Positions 8,254 to 18,344 are shown, counted from the stretch's first letter. The stretch: DNA of 64,000 nt from Vicinamibacteria bacterium (GCA_963555995.3 OY821641.1:3008001-3072000); one strand, 5' to 3'. Made by a program: numbers and translations. The notes: generated from the letters alone by a model not told the origin.

Positions 8254-11199
8254 TTAACTCCTCGGCTGGAACGCAGCGGAATAGCAGGTTGTCTCCGTAC
8301 CGCGCGCGCTGACGATCACTGCATGCTCCGTTGGCTCTCGCTGGCCCAACTGCACGCTTACTTCCGGAAGCGGCGCTTCGCCAACTGCGATGATCTCGTC
8401 CCCGTGCAACAGTGCTATGGGCCCGATCGAAGCTCCCGCCCCCATCTCACTTCCACACCGACTCACCGGGCGCACGGAAACGAGGCCAGGGTGCACCACG
8501 TTCGTGTCTTCGGACCCAATCGTCCAAGCGTGAGCCTCTCCGCCAGCCAGGCAACGACAGCGCTCCTGCTCGTTCTGCAGGCGTCCGGCTGGAGTGACCC
8601 AATATGCTGCCACCTGCGCGAACGTGTCGCCCAGGATGTCCCCCCCTCCCCCAAGAGAGACGAGGTACTCACCAATCTGGGTGCCCACTGAAAGTCTCGC
8701 AATCATCCACGACCGGTACTCTCCGCTTCCTTCGACCTCCGGTGGGACTCGGCTCACTTGCTCCACGAAGAACTCTCCGCCAATGCGTTGGCTATCAGGG
8801 CCGGTCAAGCTCAGGATGAGCCGCTCGCGCGATCGAGCCGTCACCATGAGCGTGCCCTTCGCCATCCGGGAGGGCCGTTGTCCGGGCCTCCCGAAAGTCT
8901 CGTCGTCATCTCGGAGGATTCGCAGCGTGTGGCCATCCTGAATCATCCGCTCCATAGCGTCACCGGGGACTAGCTCCTCCGCCACCGTGTCCAGACGGAT
9001 CATGTACGGGATGTCGCCACTACGATCTGTCAAGTTGTGCTCTTGGGAGACCCTAACGATGTGGGTGGAATCGCGTTCAAGCCGTCGTTTCAGGAAATAC
9101 GCCCCGTCACCACTGTAGATCAGGTTCGCCAGGTGTGGCGGTTGTCCGCTTGAGAACACGAAGATCGATGGCACGAAACCGTCCACTTCCGAGATGAGGG
9201 TCATTCCTATCTCGCTATCCTGTGCACTTTTGAATTCCCAGAGCTGGCCTTCGATCGGAAGCTGGTTCGCCCTGTCGACCCCGCGGTCGAGAGACAAGGC
9301 GTTCGTGGACCTCAAATGGATGCCGTAGTTGCAGTCAGCACCAGCCTCTTGGCACTCCGGGTCCGCCCCGTTGAGACAGACGTCGTGATCGTTAGCAGTT
9401 ACCTGCACGAGGTGTTCTCCAATCCAATCCGACGGCCACACGAGTTCCACCGATCTCTCACCCGACGGACCGACGGCTGCGGCAAGCACATTGCCATCCG
9501 GTGACATCAATCGAATGCACGGAGTGAACTGACTCGCCGAAGCGACCAGCACTACGCCCACAGACAGGTGGTCGCTCTCGGACGCGTCGATGCTCCAGTA
9601 CTTCTTCTGCGCTAGCGAAGCCCTATGCAGGGTATTCGGGCGGAGAACCTCGGGGCGTCCTATTTCAGCCTCGATCCCATACGATCCCGGGGTCCCGGCG
9701 GTGATAAGAATCAGGGGCGCCCGGGTTTCCGTTTCATTGCCCTCCTGCTGCTGGCGGAGGTATGCGGCTTGGGTCAACGCGGGAGCGCCCGGATATGACG
9801 GCAGGTCATCGCCGTCCGGCGTATAGAGAGTGACTTGTGGATTGAAGCCCTCTCCTTCTGGAGTTATGTCGACATTGATGACCGGGCTGAGGGCGAGCTG
9901 GTCTTGATCGACCGGATTCAACTCCCATGCGTGCACCGTCTGCTGGTCATACTGGACGTTTCTCCTAGTCGTGAATTTCCCGGACGCAGAATCGAGATCC
10001 AAAGATGCCTGACGCAGTGCCTCGGCCGTGATGGCGGTGTCGCCGCTGCCACCACCTCGCGCTTGAACGACTGCCAAATACGTGGCGTCCGACGGAAGCG
10101 GCCGAGCGACCCTGGCCGCTGTTGAGTGGGTATCGCCACCGATGTCGTCGTCACTTGCCAGCCATGCACTGCTCGCAGCCGGACCTAGGCGGAAGAGCCC
10201 CAAGAAGGGGTCGAAGTCGTCCGACGCGGCAGTGACGCTCACTACGTCTGACTCTTGGCCGGCAAATGTCCAGGCGACCAGAGGTATGCGAGAGTCGCCA
10301 TGCCACCAAGGCGGTTCCAGATGCGGGACTTCCTCCAAAGCGGCGTGGGAAGGAATGCCGTGGGTCAAGGTTTGAACATCGAAGACATAAGCCGTGAGTT
10401 CATAAGCACCAGCCGACGCACTGAAGTCCTTCCCCGAGACATGGATGGCATAGGAGCCGGGTGTGAGCGCGGGCAGCACCATCCACGGATTCTTGCCCGG
10501 TCCGGCATCGGCGTCCTGAGCCAATGCACTCTCTCCCGACGTCAGGACCAAGTCTGGGTCGAAATCATCAGAATGCGCGGCCAGACTGATGAACTGGCCC
10601 TCCCGCATCTCGTCTTCCCCCACGTCCAGGACCCAGTTGGCCGTCCCTGATTCTTCCGGAGTGCAGTCGCTTTCCGAGGAATCGCAAGACTCGAGAACTC
10701 CCAGAACGGGGGCATTGAGTTGAAGGGCGAGGCTCCCAAGTGGCCGCATTCTTAGCGCTGTCCGTTCCACGACCGGTTTGCCCTCACAGTCGGTTGGATG
10801 CCAAGCCAGCCGATATGTATCGTCCCGCGGAAGCCAATGCACGAGTCGGTGGTGCAGTCCGGGTTTGGTTATCGCGTGTCTCTCTTCGTCATCAAAGGAA
10901 AGCTGGCATTCCTCCCGATCAGTGGCCGCACTGATGATCACTGCATCCCCCGCTCGCCCCTCGAAAGTGAAGAGCCCTGACTGCTCTTCGGTGACCGCCT
11001 CACCGCGAGAGACCCAGCCAGAAACCAGTTCCCACGTACCGTGCAGGTCGGTCAGAGTGATCAGGACCGGAATGGGGACCAAGTAAGGGGCAAACCGGCG
11101 CAGGCCGCGTCCACCCTTTGTCAGCTTGCCGGCGAAGCGTTTCCAACTGATCATCGAGAAGCGCCTCGAGGAGCCGCCTTCCTTACTGGAACTGACCAT
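8254..11199 (-). CDS. Membrane-anchored protein with multiple pre-peptidase C-terminal (PPC)-like beta domains
   Basis: 981 aa with an N-terminal hydrophobic span. Repeated motifs S.DFDP.L.L...A.D.D.G...LP..G.Y. Visibly more A/T-rich than the flanks. Confidence 0.7.
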   Translation of the reverse strand: MVSSSKEGGSSRRFSMISWKRFAGKLTKGGRGLRRFAPYLVPIPVLITLTDLHGTWELVSGWVSRGEAVTEEQSGLFTFEGRAGDAVIISAATDREECQLSFDDEERHAITKPGLHHRLVHWLPRDDTYRLAWHPTDCEGKPVVERTALRMRPLGSLALQLNAPVLGVLESCDSSESDCTPEESGTANWVLDVGEDEMREGQFISLAAHSDDFDPDLVLTSGESALAQDADAGPGKNPWMVLPALTPGSYAIHVSGKDFSASAGAYELTAYVFDVQTLTHGIPSHAALEEVPHLEPPWWHGDSRIPLVAWTFAGQESDVVSVTAASDDFDPFLGLFRLGPAASSAWLASDDDIGGDTHSTAARVARPLPSDATYLAVVQARGGGSGDTAITAEALRQASLDLDSASGKFTTRRNVQYDQQTVHAWELNPVDQDQLALSPVINVDITPEGEGFNPQVTLYTPDGDDLPSYPGAPALTQAAYLRQQQEGNETETRAPLILITAGTPGSYGIEAEIGRPEVLRPNTLHRASLAQKKYWSIDASESDHLSVGVVLVASASQFTPCIRLMSPDGNVLAAAVGPSGERSVELVWPSDWIGEHLVQVTANDHDVCLNGADPECQEAGADCNYGIHLRSTNALSLDRGVDRANQLPIEGQLWEFKSAQDSEIGMTLISEVDGFVPSIFVFSSGQPPHLANLIYSGDGAYFLKRRLERDSTHIVRVSQEHNLTDRSGDIPYMIRLDTVAEELVPGDAMERMIQDGHTLRILRDDDETFGRPGQRPSRMAKGTLMVTARSRERLILSLTGPDSQRIGGEFFVEQVSRVPPEVEGSGEYRSWMIARLSVGTQIGEYLVSLGGGGDILGDTFAQVAAYWVTPAGRLQNEQERCRCLAGGEAHAWTIGSEDTNVVHPGLVSVRPVSRCGSEMGAGASIGPIALLHGDEIIAVGEAPLPEVSVQLGQREPTEHAVIVSARGTETTCYSAAFQPRS

Positions 11200-11559
11200 C
11201 GCGTGCCCGCTCGTCGCAGATTCTTGATAGGACGGCCTGTAGTGGACTCATCTGAAATCTGTTGCCGTCGGATTCGGCCTAGTACAGGAGAGGAAACCGA
11301 AACAGAAAGTGAAGTTTCTGGGCACCTTTCCGGTCCCAGAGGTCGCATGAGCCAGAGCGGCAACCCGTACGGTTCGTAGCATGTTACCCCCTCGCTCGGA
11401 GCACAACATCACATTGCAGGCGTCGCTGAATCCGTCGGACGGTCCAGTTCTTCCAGCTCGACCAGAGCCACCGGCATGAGTTAGCCGGAAGTTTCGGGCC
11501 TGTTTTGGTAAGGCCCGTATTTTGATAGACATGCTGGATTCTTCGCTGTCGGTTAGTGG

Positions 11560-12540
11560 CTACAAGCTGTCCAACCAGCCGACTGTGGTCCCCGTCTCCT
11601 CGGGTGGCAGGTCGCTGCCGCAATTTGCGCATCCGCCCCTCCTGTTCCAATGCCTCCCCGTCGCCGTCGCGCCGCAACTCTGGCACTTCACTATGTGCCT
11701 GCCAGAACTCCCCGAGGTGAAGCTGTCCAACCAGCCGACTGTGGTCCCCGTCTCCTCGGGTGGCAGGTCGCTGCCGCAATTTGCGCATCCGCCCCTCCTG
11801 TTCCAATGCCTCCCCGTCGCCGTCGCGCCGCAACTCTGACACTTCACTATGTGCCTGCCGGAACTCCCCGAGGTGAAGCTGTCCAACCAGCCGACTGTGG
11901 TCCCCGTCGCCTCGGGTAGCAGGTCGCTGCCGCAATTTGCGCATCCGCCCCTCCTGTTCCAATGCCTCGACGTCGCCGTCGCGCCGCAACTCTGGCACTT
12001 CATTATGTGCCTGCCGGCACCGCGCCAGAGGTAGATCAAACGAGGGAGCACTACGAAACCCACCACGAAGAACAGGAAGAATTCTCCGCTACTAGAGCTG
12101 AAAACACCGCCATACTCAGCGATGGCCATGATCAACCAGGAGTTGACCCAGAACAACACCCAAGCGACCCACAGATGACTCACGATGATGTGCCGGTTGG
12201 CACGCTCCGACGAAAGATACCGAACATAGTACCAACGAGAAAAGACTGTAAATCCCCCCGCGACGAGCAGGGCATCCACCCAAATTGCCAAGCTGAAAAG
12301 ACCGCGCTCGATGACGCTCAACAGGCAAAAGCTGATGACGAACCCGACCCACAGGACCCACAGCTTGCTCTTGAAGCCGAGCTTCGAGAACTTGGACCAA
12401 GCCTCGGACCCGTCGGCCTTGATCTCCGCCGAGGTCTCCCCTGCGTGTTTGGCGATCTTGGACCTCACCTCGGCCCAGCGCTGCGACGACGCCGTCGGAT
12501 TTCGCCTCTTGGCTTTACGAGGAACTTCCGATTCATTCAT
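11560..12540 (-). CDS. Membrane protein with three tandem C-terminal CxxC-CxxC zinc-ribbon-like repeats
   Basis: About 4 TM segments followed by 3 x (KCQSCGATAT.RHWNRRGGCANCGSDL). GAAGGAAG precedes the ATG. The N-terminal part is homologous to 24369-24905. Confidence 0.75.
   Translation of the reverse strand: MNESEVPRKAKRRNPTASSQRWAEVRSKIAKHAGETSAEIKADGSEAWSKFSKLGFKSKLWVLWVGFVISFCLLSVIERGLFSLAIWVDALLVAGGFTVFSRWYYVRYLSSERANRHIIVSHLWVAWVLFWVNSWLIMAIAEYGGVFSSSSGEFFLFFVVGFVVLPRLIYLWRGAGRHIMKCQSCGATATSRHWNRRGGCANCGSDLLPEATGTTVGWLDSFTSGSSGRHIVKCQSCGATATGRHWNRRGGCANCGSDLPPEETGTTVGWLDSFTSGSSGRHIVKCQSCGATATGRHWNRRGGCANCGSDLPPEETGTTVGWLDSL
11564..12017. repeat. 156-bp tandem repeat, ~2.9 copies (coding)
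   Basis: AAGCTGTCCAACCAGCC recurs at 11564, 11720 and 11876; the units are nearly identical. Confidence 0.95.
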
Positions 12541-12763
12541 TGTGTGCTTCCTTCAATCGCAAGCAAGGTAAATGACAGGACGGTACCGCCGCATTTCCGG
12601 CGCCGGCCCGAAGCATTCCGCCCGAGGTCGGCGTCAGCGCGCTCGTGTACCGCCTGTACCGTCCTTCCGAATGTGGGGCGGCCCTCCAGCCGGCGGTGGA
12701 ACCCGCGCGACCGCGGAAACGCCCGCCGGGAGAACCGGGTCGCGTGTGACCTGCCACAGCCAG

Positions 12764-14770
12764 TCAGAACCCGCGGGCCTTTTGCAGCAGCGCGACGAGC
12801 ACCGTCAACGACGCGTCGCAGCGCCGGCAGTAGAGCTCGGTCAACAACCCCGATTCGTCCGCCGACCGCTGCACCGTGTCCGGATGGATGAAATCGAAGT
12901 TGCGCTCCCGCTCCCGATTGCCTTCGAGGACCGCGATCTTCATTGCGATCCGATCATCCCGGAGGCGGACTTCCCTGATCCGGTCCGGGGTAGTGACGAA
13001 GCTGTGGTCGAGTCCCTGCGCAGACCGGTAGGTGACCACGCTTCGGCTCACGGCGATCACGCCCTCACAGAAACCGGCTCGAAGCCCCAAACCGCCATGC
13101 CGGTGCTTCGCGGGCAGCTCGACCGCCTGGCCGAGCTCGATGGCCCGTCCCAGGAAATTTGCGCTGTCGTCGAGTCTTCCCAGCTCGTGCACCGACTTTC
13201 CGAGCAGGAGATACGCCTCGCCGGAATCGCCATATTCGGTCACGACCACGCCGGCGGCGCGGGCCGCGTCCCGATACTGCCGCACGTCGAAGAGACCTTG
13301 CGCCTCCCGCAGGGCCACCTCCACGGGAACGCGTTCCAGCGCGAGTTCCAGCGTCGCCGGTTCTCCGGCACGGACTTCGACGGCGTCCTCGACGGACAGG
13401 AACCCCGGCTTGCTCGCCGCCACCCGTCGCAATCCGGCGGGGACCTCCAGTCCGGTCACCGGCAGGCGGTATTCGCCGACGCCCTCGATCCGCACCGTCA
13501 CGTCCGGGACGTTGGCGGTGACCGTGAGCGCCCCGCGCAACGCGACCAGCGACAGTTCCACCACTTCCGACTGGCCCGCGACCACGCTCACGGTGGCCTG
13601 AGCGTCGGCGTAGCCCTCCTTCCGCGCCACCAGCAGGTGCCGGCCGGCCTGGATCCCCGGCAGGCCGAGGATGCCGGAGTCGTCCGTAGTTCCGGCGTCC
13701 ACGCCGTCCAGTTGCACGGCGCTCCCCGGCAGCGCCCGAATCGTCAAGCTGCCCTCACGGGCCGACGCCGGCGCCGGCTTGCGGGCAGGCGGATTCGATA
13801 CGGCGGGCGCCGTGGCCAGTGGGGCGGGTTCGGGAGCGGTCGGTCCGCGCACCGTCTGGGTCGGCGCGGGAGGGGCAGGATCAGGCGCGGGAGGGGCAGG
13901 ATCAGGCGCGGGAGGGGCAGGATCAGGCGCGGGAGGGGCAGGATCAGGCGCTGGAGCGTCGGGAGCAGGAGCCGCGGCGGAATCGGGAGCCACCGAGACG
14001 CTCAGTGCATAGTCGCCGGTTGCGGTCCCCTCAAAGCCATCTACGGCAAGGAAGTAGGTGCCGGCGGACACTCGCTGCGAAATCCTGAAGTTGCCGCCCG
14101 AACCGCCGTCATTGTCTGTGGCTTCCACTCCGTTCCCGCGAAGTACACCCACGGTGTCCGTACTTCCGGAGGTCTCGAGCGTCACGGTGGACATGTCGGG
14201 AACCTCGACGATGAAACAGTCCCGCTCGTTCGGCCGATCCAGTCGACCGGCTGTGGAGGAACCGGCCTGCACGAGGGTCTCGCTTCCCTGCCCGCACGGG
14301 TGATCGTTGGCCATCTGCGGGCCCAAAGCCTGGTCGCCGGAAAAACAGCTCCGCACGATCCAGACCCCGAGCAACACCGTCGCCGCGAGGGCGCTCCTGC
14401 CGCGCCACCTGCGAGGCCGCGTACCGCCGGCGTCCGGCGCCCACCGCTCGCGCTCTTCACGAGCCCGCCGCTCCTCCTCCGCCCTGGCCGCGCCACGTTC
14501 TTCCTGACGGCACTTCTCGATCAGCGCATCGAACTTGCTGCGGCTCTCCTCCGTGCGGAAGTACTTCCTGAGCTTGCCGGCAAGGGTCTTCCGGTCGTCA
14601 GCCCGAGCCTTCCTGCTCTTCTTGTAAACATCGCCGCACCGGTTCCAGAGGTCGTCCTTCGGGCAACCCCTCGTGGCGCCGAGAAACGAATAGTGATCCT
14701 CCTCGCCGAGAGCACGAAGTTCCCGGTAGATCCGCTCCACCTGGAGTCTCGTGTTCTCACCGCCGGACAT
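12764..14770 (-). CDS. J-like domain (no HPD) - TM - PPC - Pro-rich linker - PEGA - TPR-like protein
   Basis: Start MSGGENTR follows GAGGAAG. DHYSFLG...SRSKFD J-like helices, PPC motif DTVGVL...DNDGGSGGNFRI, and a C-terminal 1,032 bp shared with the kinase. Confidence 0.8.
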   Translation of the reverse strand: MSGGENTRLQVERIYRELRALGEEDHYSFLGATRGCPKDDLWNRCGDVYKKSRKARADDRKTLAGKLRKYFRTEESRSKFDALIEKCRQEERGAARAEEERRAREERERWAPDAGGTRPRRWRGRSALAATVLLGVWIVRSCFSGDQALGPQMANDHPCGQGSETLVQAGSSTAGRLDRPNERDCFIVEVPDMSTVTLETSGSTDTVGVLRGNGVEATDNDGGSGGNFRISQRVSAGTYFLAVDGFEGTATGDYALSVSVAPDSAAAPAPDAPAPDPAPPAPDPAPPAPDPAPPAPDPAPPAPTQTVRGPTAPEPAPLATAPAVSNPPARKPAPASAREGSLTIRALPGSAVQLDGVDAGTTDDSGILGLPGIQAGRHLLVARKEGYADAQATVSVVAGQSEVVELSLVALRGALTVTANVPDVTVRIEGVGEYRLPVTGLEVPAGLRRVAASKPGFLSVEDAVEVRAGEPATLELALERVPVEVALREAQGLFDVRQYRDAARAAGVVVTEYGDSGEAYLLLGKSVHELGRLDDSANFLGRAIELGQAVELPAKHRHGGLGLRAGFCEGVIAVSRSVVTYRSAQGLDHSFVTTPDRIREVRLRDDRIAMKIAVLEGNRERERNFDFIHPDTVQRSADESGLLTELYCRRCDASLTVLVALLQKARGF
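13863..13951. repeat. 21-bp tandem repeat x4 encoding an (APDPAPP)n linker
   Basis: GGCGCGGGAGGGGCAGGATCA occurs 4 times; the paralog at ~23030 lacks the expansion. Confidence 0.95.
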
Positions 14771-14799
14771 GGCTTCCTCAGATTTGCGGGAACTTCCTT

Positions 14800-14938
14800 C
14801 CCCCGTCAGCCGCGGCTGGTTCACGGCATGGCTCGGTCAGATCGTCCAACTCGTTTCGGCCTTCTTCGGTGACGAGGCGCTGCCGGCTCGTCCCCGCAAA
14901 GTTCATCCGGGCGTCGTCCTTCTGCTTCATCCTCTCCA
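14800..14938 (-). pseudogene. 3' remnant of the vWA-TM-J-like gene
   Basis: RMKQKDDARMNFAGTSRQRLVTEEGRNELDDL matches the C-terminus of the ORF ending at 22174. Confidence 0.75.
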
Positions 14939-14987
14939 GTTCGCTTCCAGATCGCTGTCGTGTCACCAGGGGTTCGCGCCGACCGGC

Positions 14988-16622
14988 TCAGGACGTCACC
15001 TTGATCGTGACGTTCCTCCTCCTCTTCCGCTCCATGTCCTCGGCTGTCAGGAGCGCGTCGCTCCTCAGGACCGCGGTGGCGGTCTGATGGGTCGTGAGGT
15101 CCTCGCCGTACACCGTCAGCAGCCCGTCCTCACTCAGGGTGAACCGGACCACGATCTGGGAGCCCCTTGGCAACGGTCTGGTGAAGGCGACGTGAGTGGT
15201 TCCGATCACCCAGGACGGATCGAAATCGAACGGCTCGTCGCGCGTCCGCTCGAGGTTCTCGATGCAGGCCACACTCACGCCCGTTTGCCCGTCCTTCACC
15301 GTGCGATTCCTCATCTCGCGCTCCGCCGGAACCGGTTCATCCATCAGGATGAGGTTCAGGCACCGCTTCCTCCCAACATCCTCATAGTAGAGATCGGTGC
15401 CGTAACTCTTGGAGGTGACGTTGCGGATCGTCTTCCGACTGAGGTCCCGGACCGTCGGCAGCGAAAGGCCAAGGTCCGCGGCCACGGTCCTTTCGGCCTG
15501 CTCACGGGGAAAACCTCGCTCAATCAAGGCCTCGATCGAGTCGCCCATCTCGCACTTCAGCCCCATCAGCGCCGCCCCCTTGGCGACGACTTCATCGGGA
15601 TCGAAGGAGAGCGCCCGGAACTCGGGGAACCGCCGCTCCAGCGCCTCCCGCACCTGCGGCATGTGCGTCGAGCCGCCGACCAGGAGCATCTTGTCAATCT
15701 GCTGATGACCCTTTTCGCGAGCGATCTTCAGCAATTCCTCGGTGAGCATGAGGGTGTTCTCCAGCAGGCCGTAGGTCAGGTCCCGGAACGCCTCGCGGGT
15801 GACTTCGACCGTTTCGCGGGTCCCCTCGTGGTAGAGAACGGTACGGACCTTCTCCCTGCTGCTCAGGCCGATCTTCACCCCTTCGGCCGCCTCCATCAGG
15901 TACTCCCAGGTCTCCTTGTCATCCTTCACTGCCTGCTTCGACACCCTCGCGACCGTGGCCAACCGTTCCGCGAAGGACTCGGCGAGGGCCTCGTCCCAGT
16001 TCCTGCCGCCCAGTTTGTGATCTCCACCGGTGCACACGACCGCGATGGAGCCCGCCTTGATGTCGAGCACGGTGATGTCGAAGGTGCCGCCGCCGAGGTC
16101 ATAGACCAGGATCGTCTCGTCGCCGCCCGTCTCCAGCAGTCCATACGCCACCGCCGCCGCCGTCGGTTCGGGAACGACGTAGCGGACGATGAGCCCCGCC
16201 AACTCTCCCGCCTGCTTCGTTGCCTCCTTCTGCGCCACGCCGAAGTACGCCGGACAGGTGATGACCGCCTCGGTGATTGCCTCGCCGGTGATGGTTTCGG
16301 CGTCCCGCACCAACCGCTGGAGGATGTGCGCGGAAACGTCGGTGGGCGTGACCTCCCGCCCCTGCATGATCCTCTTCCACTCGGGATCCCCCATGTGGCG
16401 CTTCACCGCGGAGACGACGAGTTCGGGGCTGAGCGGAGCCTCGGCCCTGGCCGACTTGCCGACGGCCACGTTGTCCTCCGACTCGAAATAGACGACCGAG
16501 GGCGTGGTCCGGTCGTTTTCGGAATTCGGGATCACGACCGGCCGGCCGTTCTCCTCCACCCGCGCGATGCACGAGAAAGTCGTCCCGAGGTCAATCCCGA
16601 AGACCCGTCGCGCCCCACTCAT
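14988..16622 (-). CDS. Hsp70-family protein B (non-canonical, lid-less)
   Basis: [28 protein letters not shown] and LVGGSTHMP. 544 aa, ending soon after the substrate-binding beta domain. Confidence 0.93.
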   Translation of the reverse strand: MSGARRVFGIDLGTTFSCIARVEENGRPVVIPNSENDRTTPSVVYFESEDNVAVGKSARAEAPLSPELVVSAVKRHMGDPEWKRIMQGREVTPTDVSAHILQRLVRDAETITGEAITEAVITCPAYFGVAQKEATKQAGELAGLIVRYVVPEPTAAAVAYGLLETGGDETILVYDLGGGTFDITVLDIKAGSIAVVCTGGDHKLGGRNWDEALAESFAERLATVARVSKQAVKDDKETWEYLMEAAEGVKIGLSSREKVRTVLYHEGTRETVEVTREAFRDLTYGLLENTLMLTEELLKIAREKGHQQIDKMLLVGGSTHMPQVREALERRFPEFRALSFDPDEVVAKGAALMGLKCEMGDSIEALIERGFPREQAERTVAADLGLSLPTVRDLSRKTIRNVTSKSYGTDLYYEDVGRKRCLNLILMDEPVPAEREMRNRTVKDGQTGVSVACIENLERTRDEPFDFDPSWVIGTTHVAFTRPLPRGSQIVVRFTLSEDGLLTVYGEDLTTHQTATAVLRSDALLTAEDMERKRRRNVTIKVTS

Positions 16623-16715
16623 TCGTTGCTACCGGGCGCCTCGGCGCCGGATCTTGTCCCATCGGCGTCCGACAACCACCGGGCGAAAACTCGCTCCCAG
16701 TCAGCGCCGAACTGC

Positions 16716-18344
16716 TCAGTTCGACACCGTGATGCCAGCATGGCGTCGCGTCTCCTCCCGCAACTCCTCTTCCGTCTTGATCGCGTCGCTCTTGAGCTTC
16801 GTCTCCGCTTCCTGCTGGGTGGTCAGATCCTTGCCGTACATGGTCAGCAGTCCGTCCTCGCTCAGGTGGAAGCGGACGATCAACGGGGAATTGCTCGGCA
16901 GCTCCCTTGCGAAGGTGATGTGGGCTTCTCCGACCACGTCGTTTTCGGGATCGAAGTCCACGGTACCACGCTCGCGCTCAACGTTCTCGACGCACCGAAG
17001 GCGGACTCCGTTTCCTGCGTGGGCGGTGGAATACTTCTTCTCCGTCTCCATCGGAACCTGATCGTCCACCAGGATGAGGTTGTCGCACATGGTTTTTCCG
17101 CCCCCCACGTTGACAACCACGCCGAAGCTCTTGGAGGTGACGTTCTTGATCTCGGTTTCCGTCACGCGCCGGGTGACCGCCAGCGAGACGCCGCTCTCGC
17201 GAGACACCTGCTCTACGGCCTGATCGTGGCGGAAACCACGCTTGATCAAGTCGTCAATGGACTCGCCCAGCGCGAACTTCAGACCCATGAGCGCCGCTCC
17301 CTTGGCGACGACCTCGTCGGGATCGAAGGACTGGATTTCGAAATCGGGAAACCGCCGCTGCAGAGCCGCCTTCACCTGCGGCATGTGCGTGGAGCCGCCG
17401 ACCAGGAGCACCTTGTCAATCCGCGAATGGCCCTTTTCCCGAGCGACTTCCAGCAACTCCTCGGTGAGCATCAGGGTGTTTTCCAGCAAACCCTCGGTCA
17501 ACTCGACGAACGTGTCACGGGTGAGTTCCACCTTCGCGCGGGTCGTGTCGTGGTACAGGATCGTTCGGACCTTCTCCTTGCTGCTCAGGCCGACTTTCGC
17601 GATCTCCGCTTCCAGCAGCACCTTCTCCCGGGTCTCCGGGTTCTCCTTCACCTCGTCCTTCGACACGCCCGCGGCATTGGCCAACTGCTTGAAGAACCAC
17701 TCCGCGAGAGCCTCGTCCCAGTTCTTGCCGCCGAGGTAATGGTCCCCGCCGGTGCAGACGACCGAGATGTCCTTCTCCTTGACGTCGAGCACCGTGATGT
17801 CGAAGGTGCCTCCGCCAAGGTCGTAAACGAGGATGGTCTGGTCATCGGAAGCTTCCAGCATGCCGAACGCCACCGCGGCCGCGGTGGGCTCCGGAATGAC
17901 GTAGCGCACGTTGAGGCCCGCAATCGTTCCCGCCTGCTTCGTCGCCTCCTTCTGGGCCACGCCGAAGTAGGCCGGGCAGGTGACCACCACATCCTCGACT
18001 TTGTCGGTCGTGATGGTGCGCGCGTCCTGAACCAGGCGTTTGAGGATGTGGGACGAGACGACGGTCGGGTCCACCTCCTCGCCGTGCATGACCCTTTTCC
18101 ACTCGGGATCGCCCATGTGGCGCTTCACCGTGGCGACTACGAGATCCGGACTCAGCGGGGCCTCCGCCTTGGCCGACTTGCCGACGGCCACGTTGTCCGC
18201 GGACTCGAAATAGACGACGGACGGGGTGGTGCGATCGTTTTCGGAGTTCGGGACCACCACCGGCTTGCCGTGTTCGTCCACGTGGGCGACGCACGAATAC
18301 GTGGTTCCGAGGTCAATCCCGTAAACCCTCTTGGGCGCACTCAT
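16716..18344 (-). CDS. Hsp70-family protein A (non-canonical, lid-less)
   Basis: MSAPKRVYGIDLGTTYS follows an AAAGGAG RBS. Same Hsp70 motifs; 542 aa; paralog of protein B. Confidence 0.93.
   Translation of the reverse strand: MSAPKRVYGIDLGTTYSCVAHVDEHGKPVVVPNSENDRTTPSVVYFESADNVAVGKSAKAEAPLSPDLVVATVKRHMGDPEWKRVMHGEEVDPTVVSSHILKRLVQDARTITTDKVEDVVVTCPAYFGVAQKEATKQAGTIAGLNVRYVIPEPTAAAVAFGMLEASDDQTILVYDLGGGTFDITVLDVKEKDISVVCTGGDHYLGGKNWDEALAEWFFKQLANAAGVSKDEVKENPETREKVLLEAEIAKVGLSSKEKVRTILYHDTTRAKVELTRDTFVELTEGLLENTLMLTEELLEVAREKGHSRIDKVLLVGGSTHMPQVKAALQRRFPDFEIQSFDPDEVVAKGAALMGLKFALGESIDDLIKRGFRHDQAVEQVSRESGVSLAVTRRVTETEIKNVTSKSFGVVVNVGGGKTMCDNLILVDDQVPMETEKKYSTAHAGNGVRLRCVENVERERGTVDFDPENDVVGEAHITFARELPSNSPLIVRFHLSEDGLLTMYGKDLTTQQEAETKLKSDAIKTEEELREETRRHAGITVSN

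Noticed and set aside
11248-11532. 94-aa minus-strand ORF MSIKIRALPK
   Set aside because: No motif, atypical composition and a weak RBS; cannot be supported.
11384-11998. Alternative-frame repeat ORF, or CRISPR/DGR-type repeats
   Set aside because: A by-product of the 156-bp coding repeat. No unique spacers, no reverse transcriptase and no adenine-specific variation are evident.
16623-16718. Read-through fusion of the two in-frame Hsp70 genes
   Set aside because: A second in-frame TGA follows five codons after the first stop.
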